From positions 36,952,001-37,016,000 of the forward strand of contig OX597830.1 in the NCBI GenBank assembly GCA_951406725.2: a stretch of DNA of 64,000 nt, written 5' to 3'. How positions within the stretch are numbered: position 1 is the first letter of the stretch; each line of letters opens with the position of its first letter. The notes beneath the pieces are model-generated. The model did no database searches. It saw only the letters and a list, made by a program, of their open reading frames with translations, and had not been told where the DNA came from. A program made the translations under genes and the position numbers. Positions 41,138-57,312 of this stretch are shown here, piece by piece. The stretch comes from Octopus vulgaris (lineage: Eukaryota).

Positions 41138-41593
41138 GATTAAGTTACTATTTCTAACAGATCCTGCGACCACGGTAAGGCTTTCTATCCCTCTAACAAA
41201 GACTGGTGATTAATGGGGATTATTGATTAAAACTATTTTTGAGTTTTGAAATGTCGATGTTTTAATTTTCCAGTTCCATAGACATCGTGTCACTTGATAA
41301 ATTGAAAAATCTATCAAAAGGAAATATATTATATATTTTCTGATGAATGTGCTTATACGGGATAATATATTTTAAAATTTCATTTTCAATAAGCGTGAAT
41401 AAGATGTCGCTATTATATTCACACTTTCACTTTCTCAGATATTTCGTCACGTATGCTTCAAAAAATACTCTTTTCGGAACCAGAGCAATAACTTTAGATT
41501 TTAATATTTCTACTGACTAAAACTTCTAATGTCACTGAAGCTTACTGACAATTTGTCTTACTTTGACTGTAAGTAGATGTGTGTATGTATATA

Positions 41594-41635
<42 letters not shown>

Positions 41636-41779
41636 ATTAGAGATAAAACCACTATTAGGCAAATCATACAATGAAAAACTTAAGCCAATACATAAGATTA
41701 ATTAATTTATATTATTTAAATATATATCAAAATTATTAAAAAAGTTAATTTGTAAGTTTGGATTTATTCCCTAATATTT

Positions 41780-41841
<62 letters not shown>

Positions 41842-42014
41842 TTTTTTTAATATGTCTAATTATTCATCTATCTATATATGTTAATATACTATTAGTCTAT
41901 CGATATTTTTACAAACACACGCGCATATATAAGTATATTGATTATAACTTTATGTGCTTCAGGCTCCATTACTCCTCAAAGATCTGTCTCTGTCTCTCTC
42001 TCTCTGTATATATA

Positions 42015-42180
42015 TTTCTTTACTGCCCACAAGGCGCTAAACATAGAGGGGACAAACAAGGACAGACAAAGGGATTAAGTCGATTACATCGACCCCAGTT
42101 GGAAACTGGTACTGTATTTATCGACTCCGAAAGAATGAAAGGCAAAGTCGATATCGGCGGAATTTGAACTCAGAACGTAA
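42015..42180 (-). mobile_element. SINE family A, 5'-truncated, tail B
   Basis: tatttctttactgcccacaagg...ggcggaatttgaactcagaacgta. Confidence 0.88.
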
Positions 42181-42599
42181 TACATATATGTACATGTGCG
42201 TGCGCTTGTGTATGTATGCATAAACACCCGTAGACAAACAAAACACAAACACACATACACATATATATGTTGTAATAAGAATAATAATACTTGGATGGGA
42301 TTTATAGATATTTTAATGCATTGCTACGCGCGTTTCCACAAATCATATGTTTCTTAAGATCATAGTCCGTATTCCTGCATCGATTACAGATCAGACTATA
42401 GTATTCATGGACATCGGGTACATCTTGTTCATGCATTCATTTCTTCGGGTGAAATAGCATTTATAAGTTCCATCCATGCATTATTATTGTTATTACTATA
42501 TCTATCCTACATTATATCGGCACAGCTCGGTGCGACCCGAAAACTGATACCGTCAGTTGGCATCATTAGACTGTTTCCCGTAAACGAAGTTAAACGATA

Positions 42600-42750
<151 letters not shown>

Positions 42751-43179
42751 ACATGTATACGTATATATAAATATATGTAGAATGTAGACGCAAACATACG
42801 TACGCGAACACGCACGAATGCACACATATAGATACATAACATTGTTTGAAGTCAATTAAGATGCATTTCTCTTTCGCTTCCATTTTTTTTTCATTCCATT
42901 TCTCTCTGTCGCTTCAAAAAAGAAACATCAAAGGCATTCCTACGTCCGTTAGAACGTGAACCTAACCACGCGAACCTAATAACTACAATTCCTCTTAGCT
43001 ACTGCTCGTGGTATTATTCCTGTTAATTTTGCACGTGCGCGCACACTCACACGCACACCTACACACATACGCACACACGCACCCATACACACACACACAC
43101 GCACATACACACACATAGAATAGATAAACACAAGTATAATTTATTTAGTTCCTACATATGTTTCAATTATTTGTTGAAA

Positions 43180-44281
43180 ATGTCTCCGAAAAACAGATTT
43201 CTGAAGCCGAAAGGGATCAAATCATTGCATTTTCCAGGGAAGGATTCTCTAAAGTTGAAACTGCAAGGAAACCGAAATGCTCAAGAAAAAGTGTCCATCA
43301 AAAGGTACAATGAATACACTTCTTTCAAAAACTATAAAATACGAGGTCGCCAAAAGTGTACAACTACAACGGAAGACAGGTTGCTGAAGAGGACATCTCT
43401 GGCGGATAAGAAAAAAACCTCTCTTTTGATGTAGCTGCTGTGTTTCGGGTGGCAAAAAATGGATATATCAACTCGCACAGTCAGAAGAAGGTTACTAATG
43501 TAGGTTCTCCACATTCATTTCCCCCACATTACTAGGCATAATAGAAATTCTTACACTTATACGAATTTTTTAATGCATACCAAAAATGATCCCTAAATTT
43601 CTTTCTCACCAAAACTTTTGGAACACCAGGAGCTGTATTTGTTCGCCGCAGAGCTGGGGATGGTTATCATCCTGAATGTGTGGTCCCAAGAGTCAAATTT
43701 GGAAGAGGAAGCGTAATAGTTTGGGGCTGCATGTCGTCTCGAGGCCCAGGAATGTTATTCACTTGTGAGTGCAAAATGAATTCCAACGCTTAGACCAGCA
43801 TCTTAGATCAAGTTTATCAACCTTCATTAGCTAAAAGTTCCAATGATGCCATCCCGGACAGCTTAATCTTTCAACAAGACAATGCTCCATGTCACACATC
43901 CAAAGTCTCAATGGGTTGGTTAGAGGAGAAAGCGATGAGGATGATGAAATATTCCCCATCAGTCTCCAGTCTTCAATCCCATCGAACATTTGTGGTGACA
44001 CTTAAGTACAAAAGTTAGTGTGCACAAATGTTCTTGAAAAAGTGAAGAAGCCAAAATTCATGAAGAGTGGTAGGAAATTGACCCGGCCACTTGCGCCAAT
44101 TTAGTCTCACCAATGCAGAAATGCATAAAAGCGATTATAAAAGCAAAATGAGGACACATCAAATATTAATTATTGATGCGATAGACTCTAGAATGTTTAT
44201 TACATAATTTTCAATTATTAAGTGAATGAGTTTCAATCATATTCTCTGGTTTTTCATACCTGCTTCATAATTTTGGCCAAG

Positions 44282-44285
<4 letters not shown>
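43180..44285 (+). pseudogene. Decayed Tc1-family (DD34E-type) transposase with right TIR
   Basis: Peptides VVPRVKFGRGSVIVWGCMSSRGPG, LIFQQDNAPCHTSK, NPIEHLW and KAK*GHIKY*; multiple stops and frameshifts. Right end cataattttggccaagtctg|TA at 44285; left TIR not seen. Confidence 0.92.
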
Positions 44286-44323
<38 letters not shown>

Positions 44324-44870
44324 GAGAGAGAGAGAGAGAGAGAGAAATGTATATGTGGAAACTCATGGCTTAGGGGTTAAGGTGTTGTACTCATAATCGT
44401 TAGAGTGCAGTTTCGATTTCTAGACCAGGTGATGCGTTGTTGCTCCAGTTCCCTTAGCCCGCAAAAATGTTTAATACTGCGACGGAGATGTGTCCCGTCC
44501 AGGGGGTGGTGCGGAATATACAAAGCATACAGTCGAGAACACCGACCTTATGGGCGTAAGGCTCGGGAAGGACTTTCAGATAACTTTGATATATACATGT
44601 ATATATATAACGTAAATAAAAATGAATGCAGGCGTGTGAGAAACATTTTTCTCAGACGTTAACCTATCATTATGTCTTTTGGTGGTATAAATTATATGTT
44701 AAGTGTGGCTCACATGTGGGTATTTAAAGTTTCAGGCAGTTTAAACTACGTACAAACACACGCACTACATTCACATAAATATGCATAAATATGTTTATGT
44801 TTATAGGTTTATATATTTAAATATATGTTAATATATATATATATGTATATATGTATATGTGTATGTATGA

Positions 44871-44914
<44 letters not shown>

Positions 44915-45097
44915 TGATTTTTTATTATGTATATTGTTTATTTGAATTATGTTTGTTGGACACTTTATCATTATTTGGACACTTTATCATTATGAGTTGG
45001 ACACTTTATCATTATGAGTGGTTTTGAAGGGTTTTAACTCTTCTTTTAAGCAAACAGGTACATATTGTATCCTGCCTTTGTATTATATATATGTATG

Positions 45098-45131
<34 letters not shown>

Positions 45132-45136
45132 CATAC

Positions 45137-45832
45137 ATACGAGCAAAACCCTCCCCGTCCAATGGACGTTGCTGAGTTGTCAAACATTTAAGCCAAGTTT
45201 TCTCAAAACAACTTGTCCAACCGTCCCATAGCCCTCCCCTTTGAGAAACACTGATTTAACCTAAGTTTGAGACACCAGAAAAAGAAGAAATAAAGAGAGA
45301 CTTTTTTTCTATTCCAAAGAAAAACGATTTTATTCACACAAAAATATGCAACCGAAGAGTTTAAAGTACCAGTAATGATAAGGCTGTTGACTGGGAGAAC
45401 ACAAACATAGTTTAAACAGTCAGCTTAATAGGAAAGAAACGTGCCTTTAAGCAGTACAAAAACAACAAAAAATGGAATGTGCAGTTATGTACAGGTTGAC
45501 GGAAGAAAAGCAGGACAAAACCGATGCGTGTAAATGGGTTAACTGGAGGTAAATCTAGATGGAAAAGCATGATGATTCTTTTGCGCAAACTGCATGTGAA
45601 TTTTTCTCGCATACGCGTAGTATCGATTGCAACAGCTGATGTACTTGTGCGTACAAATGCACGTTCCCACGGCTTTATCGATCGCATTCTCACCTGAAAT
45701 CGATTTTTGCAAGTTTTTCAAGCCATATACGCCCTGATAGCTACATATCAAATTTGAGCGCAATCGGATGGAGGATGCCCGATATCCTAGAAGACATACA
45801 CAGAGACAGACAGAACGGATTTTATATAATAT
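45137..45832 (-). mobile_element. Non-autonomous Helitron-like element
   Basis: Minus-strand 5' end tatattatataaaatccgttctgtctgtct; 3' end cagcaacg...ttttgctcgt (CTAG-like, mutated). Confidence 0.5.
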
Positions 45833-47146
45833 ATATATATACATATATACAGACATATATATATACATACATACAGACAGACAGACAGACATATATATAT
45901 ATATGTATATATATATACGTATATATGTATTATATGTATATCTGTAAGTACATGTATGTATAGCTATCTATCTATATACATGCATACACATATTAATTCA
46001 CACTTTGGAGTTGTATTTGTCTAGCATTGTTCCAAGATATTGTGTTGAAAATATAAAAAAAACGCTATCACATCTCTGAAGAACCATATTATATATATCT
46101 CTGATCACGCAAGCACAAATATGTTGCGTTCATTTAAAAAAAAATTATATACTGAGATGTCAAAACACATTTCTCTACTTAACAGTAACAGGGTCAATGA
46201 CTGCGTGTCTCTGGAACTGTTACAAAGTTATTCAAGACCAACTTGCTGCAATCTTCATATTTTTTTATCTTGTTGAAGTTACGGACGCATGAGTCTCTTT
46301 CTATACATATTGATTCACCTTGACCTCTTGATCTCGATAGTTATTAATTACTTCGAGATGCTTCTAGTCGCTTCTTCTTGTCACTTCTTTTGTCTACTTA
46401 CTTACAGCTTTATATATATCATTATCATCGTTCCACCTATTTTCATTTTCCATTTCCTTTTCCCTAATTTTATGATTACCGCTAATTTCATCTAATTCAA
46501 AGTTGCACTTTTAGTTTATTTGGCACGTCTTATAGCAGCTTTTGTTCATTTCTCGAATCTCATACTCATTATTCATTTTTAAGTTGTGGCTACATCTATG
46601 TACAACTCCAGCAGTATATTATCACTTCTTTATATTCAACAAAAGAGTGGAGAGACAAGGAATCTCACTGCAATATTCTTATGGATATGGGGCTGGTATA
46701 TAAATATTCTCATTGCTTTGAAGTGAAATGGCTATTTTCTGTTTCATCATAATACGGTTGATATATGTTCTTAATACTGAGGCCTCTTAGTATAGCACGC
46801 CTTCAAGATCCAAGAGCGTGGTATACTATTAATTTCTTTTCGTTAACCGATCTCTGCACTACTAAAATTTTGTTATCATGATTTTCCAGATTTCTATAAT
46901 AACTCTGTTCACCAGTAGCTATGTTTATACAGCCGTTTCTACTTTCTCAACAACATTTCCACGCCTGTTAATATGTCACTGTGTATTCAGGTGAGTAACT
47001 AGTCTATGGCAGAGGATAGATCAAAAAGCCTTGTATTTTTGCTGGGCAAACTATAGAGGAATTAATTTTGTATTTCTCCTCCAGTGCCATTCAGATGTTG
47101 ATTTAGGACTCCTTGCTAGTTCGATGAAAGTTTTCACCATTATTTA

Positions 47147-47205
<59 letters not shown>

Positions 47206-47721
47206 CCAAAGAAGCTTTGTGCTATTTAGTTGGGCCATTTGCGATCAGTGCATAAATCCCAATATGGCGAACTTTATCTTTGATCCTTTCAGGCTCGATA
47301 AAATATCATACGTGTCAAAAGCTAGGATTAATTTCATCGACTAACAACTCGCTCTTCTTCTTCTTCTTCTTGGCCTACAATCGATATCGAACGTCAATAA
47401 CATGCCAATACAACCATGAAATATAACTGTAATGTGTGCGTTTGATAAATCGGGTGTCAAAATGTTTGATCATATATATATATATCTATTAATATATTAC
47501 CGCCGAATCTCTGCGAATTAGAACATGTAGGGAATCAAATTAGAAATTTATATGCTTTCCTACCGTATTAATGGTATACTTGAGTTGAAGGTACCACAAC
47601 AACAGGTCGAAACCGTTTCAGGGATTTACTTCGCAGACAATTTTGTCTCCTGTTCCATACAGTTATCATAAACACAAATGCAAATACATACATACATTCC
47701 TACCTACCTATCTGCCTACAT

Positions 47722-47766
<45 letters not shown>

Positions 47767-49028
47767 TGGGGAGGAAAATAATGCAACAAAAAACAAACAA
47801 ATGATTCTCCTAAAAAGTAAACATTAAGAAATAATAACGTTGATAAAAACGCGTGCATAGATAGATTGGGAGAAATTAGGATAATATATACTTTGGTCTC
47901 TATACCCACAAAAAATAAATAAATAAAATGCATAAACGAGATGAAAAGAATCTGTGCGTAACAGCTCGGTTGGTATTAGTATAAAAATTTACAAGCGAAG
48001 GAAAATCTGGTGATATTCACCGAAAAATCATAGGAAATCAAATCAAATAAAAATGCAGAATATCTTTGAGAATATTACAGTATCAAAGCATCACAAATAT
48101 TTTCCAGTCTTTAGAAGAAATCAAGAAAAAAAAAATCTCTCTGTAATTCCTATAATTCCTCAGCCTTGGATTCGGAGACCGTTTTCTTAAATGATCCATA
48201 AAGAATATAGCGTGTTTGATAGTGGAAGAAAAAAAAAAAGAGAAAGAAAAACTCAAAACCAACAACTCTAAAGCAAAAAAAGAAATAACATCTCCGTTAC
48301 ATCTGTAAGCACTATTTCTTTCAGACATCTCACTGTTACCGCCCCCATTCTGCTATAACTACTACGTGAGTAATCACAACCTTTACTTGCCCCCCTCCGC
48401 CACCAAAAAAGAAAGTGATGCTACTACTGTTTAACATCACTGGCATCATTATCAAAAATACCAATTACGCGCCAACATGGGAACTGTTGCATAGATGAGC
48501 GACCAGCGCAGAATTGTAGCTGCCATATCCGCTTCATGATTCTTTGGAATATTTCAGTTCAATTCAATCCAATAAATTTTGCGTTTATTCAGAATGCTTA
48601 TTTCTTTATAGTCTAATGTTCAAGACAAGATAAGTCATAGTAATATACACATACACATATAAACTTTAACCTTACCTCTTTTATTTAACCACACGAACCA
48701 TTGTTGATTCCCATTCTAACGAGTCAAAGAGGCACATCTCTTATCTTCTTTCATGCTTTTTTTTTTAACTCGCTTACTTTTTTATTCACACGTGTTCCCT
48801 CTTTTTTTTTCTCGTACTTTCTCGGTCTTTCTCGCTTTTTCTCAGAGAGCAGCCTTGTATTTCCAGCCCAAATGAATATCTGATAGTACAGTGCCACTCT
48901 ATACGAGTTCGTCCGACTAAGCGTGAAACTTTGTAGCTCCCATTTGAATTCTATGTACATTTTTTCCTCTTTCTTTTTCATCCCACCAATAATGGAACAG
49001 TATACAGTGTAATATTTGTCTGTCTAAG

Positions 49029-49426
49029 GGCTGCGAGCTGGCAGAATCGATAGCGTGCCGGGCGAAATGCTCAGCGGTATTTCGTCTGCCGCTACGTTCT
49101 GAGTTCAAATTCCGCCAAGGTCGACTTTGACTTTCATCCTTTCGGGGTTCGATTAAATAAGTACCAGTTACGCCCTGGGTCGATATAATCGACTTAATCT
49201 CTTTGTCATTGTTAGTCCTAGTCCTCTCTGTGTTTAACCCCTTGTGGGTAGTAAAGAAATAGGTATTTCGTCTGCAGTTACATTCTGAGGTCAACTTTGA
49301 CTTTCATCCTTTCAGGGACAATTAAACACGTTCCAACTATGCACTGGAGTCAATGTATCGACTTAATCCCTTTGTCTGTCCTTGTTTGTCCACTCTATGT
49401 TTATCCCCCTGTAGGCAAAATGAAAT
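49029..49426 (+). mobile_element. SINE family A dimer (head, body-tailB, body-tailB)
   Basis: Junction gtaaagaaata|ggtatttcgtc at about 49261. Confidence 0.9.
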
Positions 49427-49428
49427 GA

Positions 49429-49462
<34 letters not shown>

Positions 49463-49560
49463 GGTTATAAATATTTTCATTTACGCATACAGACATAATG
49501 TACACCCCACAAAATATAATAGTCTGTATAGTGGGTTCCAATGTATATACAAGGCCAGCA

Positions 49561-49601
<41 letters not shown>

Positions 49602-49794
49602 TACGACGGGCCCGAGGCTAGAGTAGAAGACACTTGCCCAAGGTGCAACGCAGTGAGACTGAATCCGGAACCATGTGGTTGAGAAGTTAGCTTCTTACCA
49701 CACAGCTATGCCTGCGTGTATTAAAACAACAGGGTAAGTCAAATGCTTGCTATTTAGAATAAAGGGACGGGTGATGAGCGCGCATTAACAATAA

Positions 49795-49960
49795 TCCTTT
49801 CTATTATAGGCACAAAAACTGAAATTTTGTGGAAGTTCGGGTTGGTGGATTACATCAACCCCGGATCTCAACTGGTACTTAATTTATCGACCCCGAAAGC
49901 ATGCAAGGTAAAGTCGACTTCTGCGGAACGTGAACTCAGAACGTAAAGGCGGAAAGCATG
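49795..49960 (-). mobile_element. SINE family A, tail A, followed by an (AAT/AAC)n tract to about 50145
   Basis: ctttctattataggcac...atcgaccccgaaagcatg...gaactcagaacgtaaag. Another minus-strand copy lies at about 50940-51082. Confidence 0.82.
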
Positions 49961-49972
49961 TTGTCTGGTGTA

Positions 49973-50007
<35 letters not shown>

Positions 50008-51284
50008 TAATAATAATAATAATAACAATAATAATAATACTAATAATGATAACAATAATAATAATAACAACAATAATAATAATAACAACAATAATAACAA
50101 TAATAATAACTATAATAATAACAACAACAACAACAATAATAATAAGAATGGCTTCAAAGACTTGAGCTCAATTACAAGAAAACTACAAAGAAGACAAGTT
50201 TGGTTACGCTTTTAATGTGGTGAGATGATTTGTCAGATAATAATATTACTTTTTTAACATTGTGGCTACTCCTGGAAATAAATCTAGGTATATTTTCGAT
50301 ATTATTCGTTCTCTTCGTTATCACCGTTTTATTAACGAAAAGAAAACCACCAGTCGGTTGATGTGCAATATTATATAAGAATAAAACTTGTTACAGAGAA
50401 TAAAATATTAAGAGAAATTAATCAGAGGTGCTATTAATTTTTAACTAATATTCAGTGTTCATTATCGTATAATTATTTCTAGCTGGATTTTCAATGTTCA
50501 CTGTGATTTTTTGTGTGGATTGCATCCAAATGTAATTTCCTGAAATAATTCATTTAATTCATGTTACTATTTGATGTCAAGTACGAAAATAGAAAACAAC
50601 AAACATACATACAATCAAGATCATAAAGTACTAAAATTATTTAGTCATATCTGCAAAACCCCAGCAAAATCACAAATAAAGTTACTAAACATATTTCTAA
50701 TTAAAGAGCGCTTGATTATTGCTAATTAAAGAATTCTAGAATTAACAAAGTTTATAATTAATTGATATCGATATGAACTGGCAATATCCACTAAGTATGT
50801 TTGTATAATTATAATCTTCATTAAAATATTTGAACCATAAAAAAAGCAACAAATAAAAACAAAATAAATCAAAATAGAAAATGTCTGCAAATTAATCACC
50901 TTATATAACAGAAATTGTTTTAGATGTTCATTCATAATGCTTTCAAATTTTGCCACAAGGGAAGTAATTTTGGGAAAAGGATGAGTCGATTATATCGACC
51001 CCAGTATGCAACTGGTACTTATTTTATCGACCCCGAAAGGATGAAAGGCAAATTCGACCTCGGCGGCATTCGAACTCAGAACAAACTTGGCTCTTTACAA
51101 ATCGTTTGTCTTACCATCCCTGTTGTATTCGTTTGAAACATGGACGTGTTAGGAAAGACATTTCAAATTGTTTGAATGATTCCACCAAAAATGCCTTCGC
51201 CGCATTCTAATCATTAAATGGGGCTTCTTTTTTTTAAATCCAGACACAGATTTCTTTGTGTCTGCAGGCAATCACTTCAATTAA

Positions 51285-51800
51285 ATCAATGATTCTGAAA
51301 AATCAAATGAGATAGTCTGACCATATTGTTCGAATGGCGGATGAACGCACATCTAAACAGTTGATTTATGGCGAGCTTGTAGAGGGGAAACGCAATCGGT
51401 GTAAACCTAAAGGAGAGCATAAGGAATACCGTGAAGACATTTGGAGTGGATCCAAAGGCCATAGAAATCCTTGCTCCGATCGAGCTGGATGGTGAACAGA
51501 AGTGTGGAGTGGGGAAAAAGCTTTTCAGGAGACCAAGATGACACATGCAAGACTCAAAAGAGATTTAAAGAAGAATGTTGCGATCGAGAAGGTGAATCTC
51601 TGTGATCTTTTTGTGTGTACAACTTGTGACAGACCATGCCTTTCTTTTGCTGGGCTCAAATCTCATTTGCGGATCCATGGAAGACGAACCTCCACCAACT
51701 ACTATGCCCACACCTTTGAATGCAGTGTATGCCATGAGGTCTGCAAATCTAACGGAAGCCTCAAAGACATTTAATGATCTGCAAAGGTCAGAACTTAACT
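51285..51800 (+). pseudogene. RTE-clade LINE C-terminal fragment with two C2H2-like fingers
   Basis: Peptides QMR*SDHIVRMADERTSKQLIYGELVEGKRNRCKPK, FVCTTCDRPCLSFAGLKSHLRIH and FECSVCHEVCKSNGSLK. Confidence 0.82.
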
Positions 51801-51835
51801 ACTACTCTTGGTAGTCCAAATCAGATATGCAATTT

Positions 51836-52132
51836 ACTCGCTGACGTACCCGGTAATTCCCGGAAAACCGGGGCTTATCCCTTAGTTCCGTTCTCATAAT
51901 TATTTTACTAATCCAATAACAATACAGAGTATGTAGCCCTTAAAACGGTTTTTTGTGCATTTAGAGAGAATACCGAACTGTCTTACACAGGATATTGTTT
52001 TTAGGAATTCCTAATAAGTTATGAATACCCAAATTGTGAAGTCAGTTATGTAATAAATGAAATTAGTTATCCGATAGTAAGAATTCAAATAAATTATACC
52101 CAAAAAGGGTTTTAATGCGTTCCTATAGTATA
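51836..52132 (-). mobile_element. Short non-autonomous Helitron-like element
   Basis: Plus strand actcgctgacgtacccggtaattcccgg is the reverse complement of a GC hairpin plus CTAG-like 3' end. The other end reads atatactatag on the minus strand. Confidence 0.5.
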
Positions 52133-52419
52133 TATATGTGTGTGTTTTTTCAGTGTTTGCCCCCGCCATCGTTTGTCAACCGATGCTGGTACGTTTACGT
52201 CTCCGCAAGTTAGCAGTTCGGTAGAATAAGTACTTGATTTTCAAAGAATAAGTTCTGGAGGCAATTTTGTCGACTAAAACGCCCTATAAAGTGGTGCTCC
52301 AGCATGGTTGCAGTCAGATGACTGATACAAGACAAAGAATAAAAGAATATATATATTCAACTATTTCAGGGTTAATGCCAAGTTCCCTTGCGAATTTGAA
52401 AGCTTCCTTGACAATAGAA

Positions 52420-54239
<1,820 letters not shown>

Positions 54240-54447
54240 GGCAGCGAGCTGGCAGAATCGTTAGTACGCCGGGTAAAACAGCGTCACTTAACCCGTCATT
54301 ACGTTCTGAGTTCAAAGTCTGTCGAGATCTGCCTTTCATCATTTCGAGGTCGATAGATTAAGTAACAGTGAAACTTTGGGGTCGATATAACTGACTAGAC
54401 TCCCCCCCCCTGAAATTTCAAGCCTTGTGCCATTAGTAGAAAGGATT
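54240..54447 (+). mobile_element. SINE family A, tail A, within (TTA)n
   Basis: ggcagcgagctggcagaatcgttag...gccttgtgccattagtagaaagg. Confidence 0.88.
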
Positions 54448-55263
54448 ATTATTATTATTTTAGTTTCTCTGTCAAAGCTCATTTGTCATTCATCATGAGA
54501 CTTTTCGGCGGCTCTGTATTCAACATGTCGTCTCCTCCTGTTCTGCTTATTCAATATAGTCATTTGACAAGCAGACAACATACACATATGTAAAACAAAA
54601 CAAACCGTACGAGATTATTTAACAGATATTTAGTTATATCATTACATATAATTCATTACCATAAGGTGATAATTAGTTACATAATGTAAATTGCACAACC
54701 AAAACTTATTGTCAGAGACGAGTAGCTTTTATATGAAACTTTATTGGATTGAATAAATGACAGAAGACACCATTGTGCAGATAACTAGTGAATGTACAGG
54801 CAGAGCTAGCGGAAACACGTTGTATTAATACTTGAATTAGCGGAACATAAGTAGCTAGATAATAGGATTTCACCCATTTCATCGAAGCATACAATAAATA
54901 TACTTACGCAGACATAGACAAAATGAAAGAAACACGAATATATAAAATCATATGAATGAGTATATGTATCTAAGAAGATGGCTTTCTACAATGTATGTAC
55001 GTTTATGCGCAAATTCATTGCTATTTAAGTAGATTTGCAGATAACTACATTATACATATATTACCTAAGTAGCTGCTCTTGAGACATATGCGTCGTTATA
55101 TATATATATATTTGCGTATGTGTAATTGATCGTGTGTAGATGTCTATATGTCTTTACGGGGACACATATGAGAACACTTAAATTCAAATACATACATATA
55201 GTTGGGCTTCCAGCCAGGCCTTTCGCGATACCCTTAAAGCATGGAACTTTTCAGCACCCCTCG

Positions 55264-55344
<81 letters not shown>

Positions 55345-55348
<4 letters not shown>

Positions 55349-55960
55349 GGAAAGTGATTGCGTCACTCATAGGCCTCGGCCTCTCCAGGTGTAATGATCG
55401 CTGCAGAACTTCTACTTGGCACTATGCGCCTTGTGGAAAGTTCTTACATAATGGCCGGGATTTCTCCTGCACTACTGTGTCCACAGCAGCACCTTCACGT
55501 GGTACCCCCTGTTCTCACTGAGCCTGTTGTGTGGCGCGACCGGGTGCGGATGGCACGGGGCCCAAGCCTTGGATGTACCAGGTGATGGCAGACTGGGCTC
55601 GTGGAATATTTTCCCTTGGTTGGCAGCCACGACGACGTAGGAGAGGAAAACTTTTCTGACTCCAAAGTCCCTCGCTCATCTATCTTGTGGTTGCTCTTGG
55701 GAGAGGGAAAGGCTTGTATGGGAGTAAACCCAGACAGAAAATGGGGTCGGGAGTGGAGCCCCGAAGGCGGTAGGGTGTCGAATCTCGACCCCTTTCCGGC
55801 AACTCCTGCAGCCAACCAGACTCCAAACGTACTGCACTGCATTCCTTTGGATTATGTCTGGGGGGCCGAGAGGGAGATTCTGGTGTCTGGGCAGCCCAGT
55901 GTCTTCGTTTCTACCGCCCAGGCTTGCGCCATGGAGAAACTACTCCATCGATGGATGGAT
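55345..55960 (-). mobile_element. GC-rich insert in (TA)n resembling an RTE-LINE 5' UTR-derived element
   Basis: Minus-strand cagtacgtttgg...gctgcaggagttgccgga resembles RTE 5' UTR motifs (from recall). Sharp GC contrast with the flanks. Confidence 0.5.
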
Positions 55961-56089
55961 ATATATATATATATGTCAGCATAAGAACTCATATGACGTT
56001 GTTTGTATGCATAACCTATTGTTTCCTGTGCGCGGGCATTTATATTTAACTATACGAGTCAACATATAATCTATATATACATGTATAAA

Positions 56090-56800
56090 TATTCAGAAAA
56101 GGAAGGAACAAGCAAGAAAAATTGGGCCACATCTAAAGCTTATTAGTTAATACAAAACATGACATAACAATTATGTGACATACGGCCGTTTCTGTTTCCG
56201 ATGCCAATCAGTGCCTACAAAGCATTGCGTAAGTAATATCTTTTCATCTTCATACGACATTCTTACTAGAATAAGGAGCTTCATCAGCGATAATACAAAA
56301 GCGTCCAAAATAAAGAAAAGGAAGAGGGAATAGGAAAGAAAAACATGGCTTAGAGAAGAAGACTGGAAGCCCAATATATTATAAACATAGAATCTTCCAT
56401 CATGGGGCTCCGAAGTCCGTAGGTAAAAGAGTGATCTAGACATGTATATAATAGCAGCATCAGTGCCAAGGACATACACACACACACACACACACACAAG
56501 AATACGCATGCATCCTATTATTTGCGATACCCAATAAAAGAACGTATCTTGTTAAATACACTATACCTGCTGGTACAGTGTATTTATCAAGGTGGAACCA
56601 CCATTCTACCAACGTCCTATCCAAACCTAAAATTAAAGAAGATAGCTCATGTTGCTTTCATGGCATTAACACGACGTAACTTAAGCTTTCCAACAGAGAC
56701 AAAACATCTAGAAGTCAACTTAAATTTTTTTATATTATCTGATGAGATGGGTCTGTTCTACGCGCCACGAAACCTCAAGACCCACGGAGCTGAGTTAAGT
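56090..56800 (-). mobile_element. Penelope-like element 3' remnant with a long-stem-II hammerhead motif (56177-56290)
   Basis: Minus strand CTGATGA A GCTCC ...~80 nt... GGAAAC A GAAACGGCCGTA. Upstream, a frameshifted RTLVEWWFHL/NTLY..GI resembles the PLE GIY-YIG C-terminal E..WI..L.TL.P.GLN. Confidence 0.55.
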
Positions 56801-57049
56801 TTTTATCCCACACAAACACACATGCGCGTGCGCGCATTGCTTTACTTGTTTCCGTCATTTGACGGCGGTCATGATGGAGCAACGCCTTAAAGGGTTTTTA
56901 GTCGAAGAAATCAACCCCAAGATGCATTTTTTATAAGCTTAGTACTTATTCTATCGGTTTCTTTTGCCGAACTGCTAAGCGATGGTGGTGGGGTGCTAAC
57001 ACAGATACACGCATGCATAAATACACAGACACACACATATATACATGTA

Positions 57050-57238
57050 TATCGCCATGATGGATTGCTAGCCACTACACCTTCTTTATTTTTTCTCCTT
57101 GTTTCTTTCTGTGTTCCTTTACGTAGAAGAGCGTAGGCTCGAAACTTTAATGACTATTACACTTCCCGAGCATTATACTAATACATCTGTTTGTTGTCTA
57201 CACCACCTGTCTTCGTCTTTTGCTTTTTTGTGAATTAT

Positions 57239-57240
<2 letters not shown>
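57050..57240 (+). mobile_element. Hammerhead-bearing repeat subfamily 2, decayed core
   Basis: 57117-57152 reads CUUU ACGUAGA A GAGC-GUAG-GCUC GAAA CU UU AAUG. Confidence 0.7.

Positions 57241-57309
<69 letters not shown>

Positions 57310-57312
<3 letters not shown>

Noticed and set aside
44957-45020. Short tandem repeat ttggacactttatcattat x3 (also a 22-bp duplication at about 20059-20102)
   Set aside because: Ordinary slippage duplications with no further structure.
46250-47140. Ancient LINE RT remnant on the minus strand (LLDLEG-like string)
   Set aside because: Too degraded to support by eye; needs BLASTX/HMM.
51502-51774. Host C2H2 zinc-finger gene exon
   Set aside because: The fingers follow directly on a decayed RTE ORF2 C-terminus and are frameshifted, so they are better explained as part of the LINE.
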